A stretch of 64,000 nt of DNA from Eledone cirrhosa (Eukaryota). Below the pieces are notes generated by a model. It was given only the letters and a program-made list of their open reading frames with translations. It ran no database searches and had not been told where the DNA came from. The DNA lies in NCBI GenBank assembly GCA_964016885.1, contig OZ024753.1:39060001-39124000 (forward strand), given 5' to 3'. The translations under genes were made by a program, and so were the position numbers. Below, one piece after another: positions 39,115-53,265 of this stretch (its first letter is position 1; each line of letters begins with the position of its first letter).

Positions 39115-40726
39115 ATTCTTTCTACTTCTACAATTCCAGCAATTTTGTGGGAAGGGAAAGTCGATTAAATCGACACCAGTGAATTACAGGTGCTTTATTT
39201 TATCGAGCCCATAAGGATGAAATTCAAATCTAACCTCAGTGGGATCTGAACTCAGAACGTAAGAGGTCGTAAGTCTAACAACAATAACAACAACAATAAC
39301 AACAATAATTGTTTCTACTTTTGGCACAAGGCCAGCAATTATCTCAGTGTATTACTGGTACTTTATTTTATCGACCCCGTAAGGATGAAAGGCAAAGTTA
39401 ACCTCGGCGGGATTTGAACTCAGACCATAATAGGCCGTAACTCTTTGCTGAAAGTATGGTGTCAGACCCTCTACCGATACTGACAATCCATCGCCCTTAT
39501 GTTTACTAATTTAGGCACAGGGACATCCATTTTACGGGAGGGAAAAGTCGATTAAATCGACCCCAGTGTATTACTGGTGTTTCAATTTATCGACAAAAGG
39601 ATGAAAGGCAAAGTTAACCTCGGCGGGATTTGAACTCAGTCCGTAAAGGAACGTAACTGTGCTGCAAAACATGGCGTCCGACCCTCTACCGATACTGACA
39701 ATCCACCACCCTCAATAACAACAACAATAATAACGATTTATTTTGGTTAGCCATAAGGCCTAGTTTATATGGGTCGGTATATATTTGATTGAATTGACCC
39801 CATAATATTTACTTGTGTATATTTAATCATCTTCAGCAAATTAATACAAATACTTAAAAAGTAAGATGTGCCGGGAAAGAAGAGAACATGATGTCTGGTG
39901 ATAATAATTATTATGACAGATTTCTCAATTTTTGATGAAGTTCCCCCAAGCTAGTAGTGTATTGGTGAACATAAATGAATAACTCATCTGCATATAATAT
40001 ATCTAGGGCAAATATGCCTGTGGGTGGTAGTAGTTTTGGTGGTAGAGGTGTTGTAAGTGGTGATGGTTGAGTCTATTTCTCATCATGTTCCACCCATTAT
40101 TGTGGATTTAAACTTGGAATGAAGCGGAACGAAAAAATATTGTAAACACTTTTTTTATTTCCCAGTACTGTTGTATTTATGGCAGTGATTTGGCAGAATG
40201 ATTAAAACGTTGGATTGAATGCTTTGCGGTATTCCTCCCGGTTTCCTTTCTCTGTGCCGAGATTAACTTTGCCTTTCAACCTTCTGGGGTTCAATAAACT
40301 ATAGTATGAATCAAGTACTTGGGTCTATATAATCGACTAACCCCTCCCCTAAAGTAATGCCCTTGTGCTCAAATTATGGCCCTTTACGTTCTGAGTTCAA
40401 ATGCTACCGAGGTTAGATTTGCCTTTCATCCTTTTGTCGATAAATTGAAGCACCAGTAATACACTGGGGTCGATTTAATCGACTTTTCCCTCCCGTAAAA
40501 TGGATGTCCCTGTGCCTAAATTAGTAAACATAAGGGCGATGGATTGTCAGTATCGGTAGAGGGTCTGACACCATACTTTCAGCAAAGAGTTACGGCCTGT
40601 TATGGTCTAAGTTTAAATCCCGCCGAGGTTAACTTTGCCTTTCATCCTTATAGGGTCGATAAAATAAAGTACCAGTAATACACTGGGATAATTGCTGGCC
40701 TTCTGCCAAAAGTAGAAACAATTATT
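39115..40726. mobile_element. Cluster of ~6 Nin/Deu-type SINEs (3 minus, 3 plus)
   Basis: Repeated SINE consensus; 39304-39612 is inverted at 40418-40726. Confidence 0.85.
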
Positions 40727-41486
40727 ACTTAGAAAAAAACTATGATAATTTGGCGCGTGCTATGCGGCGTTAAAATAAAATATAGTAATAGTAAAGTACC
40801 AGTTAAATACTGGTTAGATATAATGGAATATTTCTTCTTCCACCAGTTGCCGTGTGTCTAACATAGGAACTCGTATTAGTAATAAAAATATAAGATCAAG
40901 AGTTCTAAGGTCATCTATACTGCCAAAGCAACGGTTAGCTTTGTGGGTCTCATAAGCCTTAGAGCAGTAAACGGTCCTTTTTGAGGCAATGTTTTTATCT
41001 AAATATTATCTTATATTTCGACCATATAACTGAAATCACATCCTTACTAAAGTTTGTGCAACACCCTAACTAGTAAACTACTTGACATTACATTGACATC
41101 AGGTGTAAGCAAATAATTATCTAATTATAATCCACGTTATATCTCAATAAAACTATTAATGCTAATTGATTCTTTGTAGAATCAGGTATGAATTTTCGCA
41201 AATCTCAATTGCAGCATCTCAATATGTTTTATGAATTCCATATATAAACATATGTCGTATATTCGGTATTTTTTGTATACGGCACGATTATGTAAGTCTA
41301 TATAATACCAGAGCAGTCTGTTTTTAAACCCTCTCTAAATCTCCCAGTGGTAATATATATATTGAAAATAGTTTCTTCCCTAAAGATTTGTATTGGTTGT
41401 AATATATTTAATATTCATAGCTTCACTCTCGTAGATATAGACCGACCCCAAAACAACAACTCCAGTGCATTAACGTATATCACACA

Positions 41487-41534
<48 letters not shown>

Positions 41535-41535
41535 C

Positions 41536-41810
<275 letters not shown>

Positions 41811-41890
41811 TATATATATATATATATATACATAAATATATATTCATATATATTCATATATATATATATATATATACATACATACATACG

Positions 41891-41929
<39 letters not shown>

Positions 41930-42119
41930 TGTATTACGTAAAATCATATAAACCCTCCGTTCAGTCTTAAACGAATTTCTTTAAACTTATTTCTATATTG
42001 ATCACACTAGATTCAAACAATACATTATAAATAAGTATAATAAAAATAATATTAATAATATAGTAATGCACACACATACATACGCACACACACACAAACA
42101 CACATACGTATATATATGT

Positions 42120-42333
42120 GAAGGCGCGTGGCTGAGTGGTTAGAGAATTGGATTTGCAATCGTGAGGTTGTGAGTTCAATTCCCGGACCGGACAAAGCAT
42201 ATATGTCCTTGGGCAAGACACTTTATTTCACGTTGCTCCTTCTACCTAAAGTTGCGACCGATGGAGAGAATTAGCAATCAGAAAGACCAATGGAAACATT
42301 GTTTCCTCGGTCCGATTTGATGAAAGTCGATCG
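42120..42333 (+). mobile_element. CORE-like tRNA-derived SINE
   Basis: Matches 1033-1245. Confidence 0.8.
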
Positions 42334-42684
42334 ACAGTAGATAGATATATATATACCTACCTACATACATATAGATTGAATGATGTATCAATTTATTACT
42401 ATGAACCTATAGATACATATGAAATTGTATAAATAACCTTCTATATTTCTCTGAACAAGTCAAATTTAAATATGCATTTATTGAATATTTTCTTACAGTT
42501 AGAAGCTTCGACGCTCGTATTTTAATTCCTCTTCACGTATTTTACTGTCAATGAAAACAGCGTCGTTTGGCATACGGTAGATGTGAGTTCGCATCCCAAT
42601 GAATACATATCCACTCTACGTTGTAATTGCTAAAAATAGATCACGAAATACGTATATACTCACACACACTCACTCACTCACTCA

Positions 42685-42799
<115 letters not shown>

Positions 42800-42947
42800 T
42801 TATTTAGGTTGGATAGATATGGTCATTCCGTATGGTCAATCTTGATGTAATATTATGGAGAGTACTCAACGTAATGCAGCTTACCCGTCTTCATTTGTGT
42901 AGATGGTGGTGCGAATACGGAGTTAATTATTTATAATTATATATATA

Positions 42948-43013
<66 letters not shown>

Positions 43014-43171
43014 TATGTGTGTGTAAAAGGTAAACAGAAATAACAACACAACCGGTACAGTATATGCAAGGAATATATTAGGTTAACGCTTGAAATATAT
43101 ATATACATACATATGTAGAGGTATGTAGATGTATGTAGATGTATATATATATACACATATATATACATGTA

Positions 43172-43271
<100 letters not shown>

Positions 43272-43281
43272 TATATACATA

Positions 43282-43312
<31 letters not shown>

Positions 43313-43858
43313 ACATATATATATATATATATATGTTTGTGTGTTATATATATATAACAATATATATATTTTTAAAGTGGAGCAAAACATATATCATCCA
43401 AAAATTGGCGATTAAATAATAGCTATCGTACGGTGTCTTTTTCTAGATTGAACGCGGTTGGTGGTCAAAATAATATTCGCTGAGAAGATATTAGCAAGAA
43501 TAACCTTTGACACACTTAGTAGTATTTTAAGAACATGGGAGCACACGAAATCATCGCAGTCTTTCTAGAGAATTAAAAAATGATAGCAAAATTCTCCTTA
43601 ATGTGAGTTCAGAAAGTTCATAGAAGAACCAGCAGAGATATTCGTGTATAGTCTCATCACTTCTCGAAAGTGAAAGTGAAACTAAAATGTGACTGCCGTC
43701 TTTAATTGTCGGGGTTTTATACTTTTCTATGTTGTATGATTTACATTCCGCCTAGGAAGTGGAATATGGAGTGATAATGGATAATATATAAAAGGAAAAA
43801 GCTGAGTAAACCCTTAATATACACACACACAAACACACACACATATATATATATATAT

Positions 43859-43889
<31 letters not shown>

Positions 43890-43968
43890 GTATATATATA
43901 TGTGTTTGTGTGTGTGTGTGTGTGTATGTATATATATATATGTGTATATATATATTATATATATTTAA

Positions 43969-44009
<41 letters not shown>

Positions 44010-44281
44010 TAAACACACACACACATATATATGTGTTTAGATATATAAATATAAATGTAGATAAATACTTGTGTACTATATATACATATATATGAATATA
44101 TATGTATATATATATGTGTGTAGGTTTATGTATGCATATGTGAGTATGCAGAAATATATATTTTTCTTTATTATTCATTTAAACTTAAAAAAAAATCCAT
44201 TGAAATAGCAATTAGACATACACTTAGCAACAACGAGGCTAATGGAATTAGAAACCAATGTAAGCATACACATAATGTGTC

Positions 44282-44323
44282 ATTGAAGATATGGTATATA
44301 TATATATATATCATCTGAAAAGT

Positions 44324-44396
<73 letters not shown>

Positions 44397-44444
44397 TTTC
44401 AGATGATATATTTTTCGGTCTACTTTAACCAAATGTATATAACA

Positions 44445-44525
<81 letters not shown>

Positions 44526-44599
44526 TATATGTATATTGTTATATACATTTGGTTAAAGTAGACCGAAAAATATATAATCTGAAAAGATATATATATATA

Positions 44600-44662
<63 letters not shown>

Positions 44663-44699
44663 CTTTTCAGATGATATATATATATACCATATCTTCAAT
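44282..44699. repeat. Nested palindrome including microsatellite tracts
   Basis: ATTGAAGATATGG...CCATATCTTCAAT ends; each arm has its own CATCTGAAAAG/CTTTTCAGAT inverted pair; (TA)n centre. Confidence 0.85.
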
Positions 44700-44957
44700 A
44701 TACATATATATATATACATATATATATTGATTAAAATAACAGATTAATAGATATTTGCTCTACGGTTCTTATATATTTGATATATATTTATCCTTATGGA
44801 GCGCTCTTTGGATTTTAGTCTTCAAATTTATTATTATTACTATATATATATATGTATTAGATATAAAATATACAATACATATATATATATATATATAGAT
44901 ATAAAATATACAATACATATATATGTATATATATATATATAATATATATATATATGC

Positions 44958-45038
<81 letters not shown>

Positions 45039-45089
45039 CGTGCGTGCATGTGTGCGTGTCTGAGTTACATTATATTTACCAGTAATTAA

Positions 45090-45330
45090 GAGGCGGTGGA
45101 TTGGCAGTATCGGTAGAGGGACGGATCCGCCATGCTTTCCAGCATAGTTACGTCCCTTTACGATCTGAGTTCAAATCCCGCCGAGGTTGACTTTGCCTTT
45201 CATCCTTACGGGGTCGATAAAATAAAGTACCAGTAATGCACTGGGTATTTGCTGGCCTTGTGCCTAAAGTAGAAACAATTATATTTACCAGTAATGCACT
45301 GGGTATTTGCCTAAAGCAGAAACAATTATA
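45090..45330 (+). mobile_element. Full-length Nin/Deu-type SINE with duplicated 3' end
   Basis: GGCGGTGGATTGGCAGTATCGG...GAGTTCAAATCC...; TACCAGTAATGCACTGGGTATTTGC repeated. Confidence 0.88.
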
Positions 45331-45552
45331 TTGACACCAATATAATTGTGGAGGCGGGTAGTTTCGTTGTTTGGGTGTTCGATTCGAAAATTTGGAATAT
45401 ATTTGCTTTTATTCTGAAAAAACGGAGACATTACATATATTAACTAAAAAAAATAATGGAATACGTTAGCTAAATTACCCTTGGAAACAGATTAATGGTG
45501 AACAGATACGATGTTAAGATATGAATTGTGGCAGTTTTTCATCGTGAAGCAT

Positions 45553-45594
<42 letters not shown>

Positions 45595-45595
45595 C

Positions 45596-45667
<72 letters not shown>

Positions 45668-45694
45668 GTATATATATGTATATGTATATATATG

Positions 45695-45764
<70 letters not shown>

Positions 45765-45851
45765 CACTGACACATTTGTGTGTGCAGCTACGTGGGCGTG
45801 GGTGTTTATGTATATATGTACATATGTATGCATGAATGTATTTATGTATGG

Positions 45852-45978
<127 letters not shown>

Positions 45979-45989
45979 TACATACATAC

Positions 45990-46069
<80 letters not shown>

Positions 46070-46826
46070 AGATAGATAGATAGATATATGTATATATATA
46101 TGAATTTACGGATGTAAGTGTATATATTTGTCTATATGTGTCTGTATATATACATTAACATAACTATAGTATAAACTTTCTAGTTAGATTGTCAACTTCA
46201 TTATTGAAATAAAATAAAATAATTTCGGTTTTGAGTTAAGGAGACAATTTTACAAACAATCACGTTATCTGAATGTGATAGATCGTCTTCCGGTTGCAAG
46301 AAATTACCAGTAGATCGATGGATTTATCAAACGGAAGGAAACTCTCTTTTGTTTGATACACTAACTTATCCTACGGTCGAATGCTCTAATTTCCGTTCGG
46401 AGAGATATTAAATTGTTTAAGAAGAGGTTAATGTTTCCATGATGATCAGAAAAGCGAAAAGTTTAGCGCACAGGTAATATATTATATATATACTAAAGTG
46501 TCTTACCAAACATTTAATCCATTTCTTAGAAGATGTTACTAGAAATGAAGTGAACTATCTGGTTTTCACTGGGGGTCAAATATTTGTGATATATGTGATA
46601 TATGTGATATATGGTCGAAATCCGGTTGAGACTTAAGCAAAGAAATTGATAATAAAAATATAGCTTTATTTAAACAACAAACAAATATTATCACATTACT
46701 CAAATCTGAATATCTGATGCCATGGCATGTCAGGTTAAGTTTCGACAGCTATGGATGGATACTGTTCTTCTGATTATACAAACAATGATACAGTGATATT
46801 GTCGAAAATATCTGTCTGTATGTCTG

Positions 46827-46861
<35 letters not shown>

Positions 46862-46866
46862 ACTCT

Positions 46867-46919
<53 letters not shown>

Positions 46920-47085
46920 ACAAAGAATGTGTGGTAAGGAGCCAGGTGGACCATAATGCATCAGAGTACTCGAAAGCAATGGATGGATACTGTTCTTCTG
47001 ATTATACAAATAATGATACAGTGATATGGGTTCGGGTCTAGCTGTTGAAACGACCGGAGCTCACCCATCGGGTCTTGACTCTTTT

Positions 47086-47165
<80 letters not shown>

Positions 47166-48266
47166 AGTGGGGTGACGTAAAATGCCAGGAAGCTTAAGGT
47201 GTTCGTTTAGCAGTACTTGTGACGGACGCCCGCCGAGTGGGCTGTACTTATAATTCAAAGGGATAAACTTATCACGCTGAATCTCCATTAGAACTAAGTT
47301 GAGTTTACACGTGTCTATGAAATGCTCAACAACATTTCGTTGTTAGAAGAAGTAGGATCCTCATTATCAGCACAACTGGAGGCCCAACGCATCGGCATCA
47401 TTTGCTATATTACTACATACCCTCTTCTGTAATTACGAATCAATGGCTAAATTGATACATCAATTTAGTGTGGTTGTTAAACGATTTTCCCCTAAAATCG
47501 TATCACAGTAGTCTGTCGTATTGGGCGGATCTTCATTCTCACAAACGTCTCCATTTGATTTTCTAAGTTAATCAAACCATTACATTAAACATTTTAATCA
47601 ATCTGAATTTATAAAAAAATAAAAAGCTGAGAAGGAAAAAATCACTAAAAAATAATAACGAACATAAAAAAAATGATTGCGATAAACTAATTATGTAATT
47701 AAAATATTTTTTTTTTTAAATTCATATTGAAGAAACTTCATTTTGTATATGATTTTATATATTTATTTTAATTTTATTTATTTATTTAATTTTTTAATTC
47801 AAAGGTGAAAAAAAATCAGAAAACCGCGATAAAGCTTGGAAGCTCCTTTTTTATCCGTAGAGAAGTAAAAAAAAAATAATTCCAATATCTTAAGATGTTC
47901 TCTCACCAAACAGAAGCCAGAATGTGTTTAAACCGCGTCAATACAACATGGCTTCCCATACTGTAATCACACTTTTATGATGGCGTTTTCCACTATCCAG
48001 TTAAACTGATATGATTAAATGGAGCATTAAACACAAGTTGTTAATAGGAGAGCCTTGATACAAGTGTGAATACTTGACTGGTTATTAGCCCCTGAAAGCT
48101 GGAGGAGGTTATGTGAAGAGGCGGTTGAAAGCCTGGAAGCATTGGAGAGAGAGAGAAAGAGAGCATGAGACGAGAGCAAAGTAAGGTGAAAGGAAACGCA
48201 AAGACCAAAAGGAAGGAAACACAAACACTAAGGTGAAGATTAAAACAAATACACACACACACACAC

Positions 48267-48299
<33 letters not shown>

Positions 48300-49965
48300 T
48301 ATATATATGTCTCTCTGGCGTTGCTATTCAGCTACCTGCCTTTCACTCCGTCTTAGATAGAAGAAGAAGAAGAAGAAGAAGAAGAAGAAGAAGAAGAAGA
48401 AGAAGAAGAAGAAGAAGAAGAAGAAGAAGAAGAAGAAATAACTTATAAGGAAATAGCAAAGAGCTAGCAAAGATATAAGGTAGTTGTGGTGAATGTTGTG
48501 AAAGACCGATAATAACAACAACACAAACCTAGTACAATGGAGTTGGTAATACATTAGTTTAGAAAACATTTCATAGAAATTAACTTCTTTGCATCATTTA
48601 CTATTATCCAATGAGAACCATAGATAACTAGGAAAGGAAGATCAATGGCACGTGTCAAATCAGAGGCGACATGTGTCCGCCATGAATATATTAAAAAAAA
48701 TATATTTAAATGTTTGAAAATGTTTTGATATGTAGTATTGTTAGGACGTCGTAGAAAAGGATTTGTGGTATTTATTTGCAATATTCTACGCTCTAAGTTC
48801 AAATGCCATCGAGATCAACACTCCCTTTCGTCATTCCGGGGTCGGTAAAATAAAGTACGAATTAACAAGTAGTTTCGAGATAATCGACTTTCTCTCCCCT
48901 TAATTGCTGGGCTTGTGTTAAAATTTGAAATCATTAAGTGTGAAAGATCAAGATACCCTTACACTAAGAGGATATTACAGGAGGGCTTTATGAAACGGGA
49001 GGGCTTTATGAAGGAGGGCTTTGAAGAAACGTCGCAGCTTTTAAAAAATAACACAACGTACGGCCCAGTCGGAGGATTGAACCCATGATATTATTATCGA
49101 AAGATCAACGTTTGAAACATTGGGTCTACAACGTTTATTCCTTAATATAACATTTTGAATTTCTGTATTTGAACATCCAAGATTGAAGATTTTCATCTCA
49201 AACAAATTTAAACTTGAAGGTGGTAGGAAATCCTATTAAACAATACTTTCAACATTCTGTTTGTTCTAACAATCATAGTACAAATAAAATGGACAGTTTA
49301 TTCGTTAAGATTTTCTGTTTAACAGTCAAACAACAAGGAGACTTGTTGGGAAAACCTAACACAATGTTTGCAGAGAAGAAAATAATATTTGCACGTTGCT
49401 TAAATAATAATTAAAATCAATAGACAAACGAAACTATAAATACAATTATATTTAACAATGGAGCATGTGGCGGGAATTAGTTCTATTTGAAGAACGTTGG
49501 TTAGATGTAAAGAAAATATAAACAGTTAGAATGTCGATACTACGTGCGATACAGTTTCAAATCTCGGTAGGAATAAATTTTTTTTACTTAGTCTAAGATC
49601 TTTAACACCATATAATGATTTAGAGGAAAATATCTAAAGACGTATTTCTTAATTAAAATGCTTATTGTATCTTCAAATGTTAGACATAATTGCAAAATGT
49701 GCAGCTCAGAACATTAAACATCGGTGTAAGCTGCAAACCATTTTGTTCGACGCTCTCCTAGTTCTGCCAATCCTCAGTACGCATACGAAAAGGGACTCTC
49801 ACTTGACCATTAAAATTTATTAATAAAATTAATTAATTTATTATAATTTTGGAATAACCGAAAACCCTAATGATCCCCAGAAAACAGCTGATGAGCGGGA
49901 ATTAACAATGTCCTTGTGTCTTCCGAGTTTTCTGTTTTCTGTATATGTTTCCCTCGTATTTTTAA

Positions 49966-50039
<74 letters not shown>

Positions 50040-50074
50040 ATATATACAGAGAGAGAGAGAGAGAGAGAAACAGA

Positions 50075-50154
50075 GGTAGAAGGTAAGAAAGAGACAGACG
50101 TAGCGAAGGAGAGAGTATGGTGTTGTTTGTATAACAGAAGGAAGAAAGAAAGAA

Positions 50155-50229
<75 letters not shown>

Positions 50230-50305
50230 AAGAAAGAGACAGACGTAGCGAAGGAGAGAGTATGGTGTTGTTTGTATAACAGAAGGAAGAAAGAAAGAAG
50301 GAAAG

Positions 50306-50352
<47 letters not shown>

Positions 50353-50430
50353 GAAGGTAAGAAAGAGACAGACGTAGCGAAGGAGAGAGTATGGTGTTGT
50401 TTGTATAACAGAAGGAAGAAAGAAAGAAGG
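50075..50430. repeat. Three tandem copies of a ~80-bp unit separated by variable (AG)n
   Basis: AGAAGGTAAGAAAGAGACAGACGTAGCGAAGG...AGAAGG x3. Confidence 0.9.
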
Positions 50431-50456
50431 AGAGAGAGAGAGAGAGAGTGAGGGAG

Positions 50457-50524
<68 letters not shown>

Positions 50525-50865
50525 CGAAAGAGAGAGTGAGAGTTGGAGAAAATTATTATATATGGGAGAAAGCTTCGTGGAAATCTAATTTCATGTTGTT
50601 TACACAATAATTAGTTACTTTATTATTTATATTATTTGTTCTTCCTTTGTTTACAGTTTTGGGTTTCAATCCCAGCAACTTATTGTTAAGTAATTTTTAT
50701 TTCCTTCTCTTCGTTTATTAATTAACTTGAGATTGTTAATAATTAATTAATAACACAATCATTTAATACAAGCTATACTTTATGTTGTTATTTTATTTCA
50801 TCTCTCTCTCTCTTTCTCCCCCCCCCCTCTCTCTCTATATATATATACACATAATACACACACAC

Positions 50866-50896
<31 letters not shown>

Positions 50897-51328
50897 AAAG
50901 TTAAACAAGGTTCAATGAATACATCAACGAATGAGTTTTACAATAGATTGGAAGCACTCAACTGCAAAAAGGTTTTCCAGAGTTATTAATATTAATTTAA
51001 AATATTAACAAAATAGATATTCTTGTGAACAAGTATATTTTATTATACATATTTCAGAGCTACTGAGTTAAGTTCAACAGTACGTACTCATCAGATAAAA
51101 TAAGATGATGCATGACATACCCTGACATAGTAGATGGTTAAGATTCAGTCATAGTATTACCATGACTGAATATTAACCATCTACTATGTCAGGGTATGTC
51201 ATGCATCATCTCATTTTATCTGATGAGGACGTACTGTTGAACTTAACTCAGTACTTCTGAAATATGTATAATAAAATATACTTGATCACAAGAATATCTA
51301 TTTTGTTAATATTTTGAATTAATATTAT
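50897..51328. mobile_element. Palindromic mini-element (divergent family A), HHR on both strands
   Basis: ~165-bp arms (50988-51328, centre ~51156) plus ~90-nt left extension; between (TA)n tracts. Confidence 0.85.
51213..51277 (+). ncRNA. Type I hammerhead ribozyme (mirror copy ~51037-51101 minus)
   Basis: ATTTTAT-CTGATGA-GGACGTACTG-TTGAACTTAACT-CAGTACTTCT-GAAA-TATGTA-TA-ATAAAAT. Confidence 0.78.
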
Positions 51329-51340
51329 ATATATATATAT

Positions 51341-51408
<68 letters not shown>

Positions 51409-51432
51409 GAGAGAGAGAGAGACAGAGAAAAG

Positions 51433-51629
51433 TTATTCCGGGTTGAGTCGGAGGTAACCACAGTAAGTAAGGTACTCAATACATAGCAGAGTATAAAAGT
51501 TTTAATATAGAAGAGCTTCTACAGGACTAGAACTGTTTCATTCGTGAGAAATCATCAGAGCTTCCTGATGATTTCTCACGAATGAAACAGTTCTAGTCCT
51601 GTAGAAGCTCTACTATATTAAAACTTTTC
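51433..51629. mobile_element. Family D palindromic mini-element with back-to-back HHRs
   Basis: Arms 51495-51629 centred ~51561; left extension carries the family 3' end. Confidence 0.85.
51557..51611 (+). ncRNA. Type I hammerhead ribozyme
   Basis: AGAGCTTC-CTGATGA-TTTC-TCAC-GAAT-GAAA-CAG-TTCTAGTC-CTG-TA-GAAGCTCT: 8-bp stem I, 3-bp stem III. Confidence 0.85.
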
Positions 51630-51669
51630 AGAATTATTGTTGTTCTTCTCGTCGTCGTCGTCGTCGTCG

Positions 51670-51701
<32 letters not shown>

Positions 51702-52139
51702 GCTGTGGTGGTGGTGGTGGTGGTGGCGGTGGTCACATTTTTGATATTGTTTCAATGACTTTTGTCGTTGATTTTGGTTTTGTTCACTGTTGGTTCATCT
51801 CTAACAAGTTAGTGTACAACGACTTCATTGCAACGCTAATCACTTTTGCAATAAAACTGACTTCAAATAATCAAAGCGTATTTTTTGGCATTCTGTCAGT
51901 TGGCAATTCTTCAAGAAAAGGGCAAATAAACCGGCTTTAAGTTTACACGGAACACAGCACCACGTATATTCATAGCGATAAGCAACAGATAATGTTTACT
52001 TTACTAGTTTGTTTGTACGTATGTATGCATGTATGTATGTATGTATGTATGTATGTATGCATGTATGTATGCATGCATGTATCTATGTATGTATGGATGT
52101 ATGTACGTATGTATGAGTGTGAGTAAATGTATTATCTTC

Positions 52140-52289
<150 letters not shown>

Positions 52290-52527
52290 GTTTCCGTGAT
52301 TTTGAGATAGAGAAGAACGCAGATGAGGTTAGCAATCAATACATGTTGAGGTACAACGATGATATATTATTTTATCGCTTGATATAGAAGGAAAAGTGTC
52401 TGAACATTTTGGGCGCTAGTCTTTCATCAAAAGATAGATTGAAACGGGAAAGTATGTAAGATTAAGAAAAGTGTGTGACATTAAAAAATGCAAAAATTTA
52501 AATAAATATATATATACATATATATAT

Positions 52528-52637
<110 letters not shown>

Positions 52638-52751
52638 TTATTAAAATAACAGATTAAAGTTTAAGCAAATGCTCTACGGTTCTTATATATTTGATATATA
52701 TTTTCCTTATCGAGCCTATTTGGATTTTAGTCTTCAATTTTATTATTATTA

Positions 52752-52823
<72 letters not shown>

Positions 52824-52830
<7 letters not shown>

Positions 52831-53166
52831 AAGTTATATTTAAAATTGTTGGGTTACAACTAGTAAATATTTATAACTGATATAAAAGCACTCGACAAAT
52901 ATTTGGAGTATATTTACAATATTAAATAAATGGAAAACTATATTTATAAAACCATATCTATTTCATTATATATATTTCGGGGATATCATATTAACAATAT
53001 GCTATGCCTTCATCAGACAAAATACAATATAAACATATTTATCTATAAAACTGTTTATATTGTATTTTGTCTGATGAAGGCATAGCATATTGTTAATATG
53101 ATATCCCCGAAATATATATAATGAAATAGATATGGTTTTATAAATATAGTTTTCCATTTATTTAAT

Positions 53167-53172
<6 letters not shown>
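52824..53172. mobile_element. Palindromic solo pseudo-LTR derivative of the local PLE, HHR on both strands
   Basis: 52824-53034 is the reverse complement of the pseudo-LTR 3' part; 53035-53172 is a direct copy; near-identical to 12592-12824; HHR cores at 53016 (-) and 53071 (+). Confidence 0.92.
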
Positions 53173-53265
<93 letters not shown>

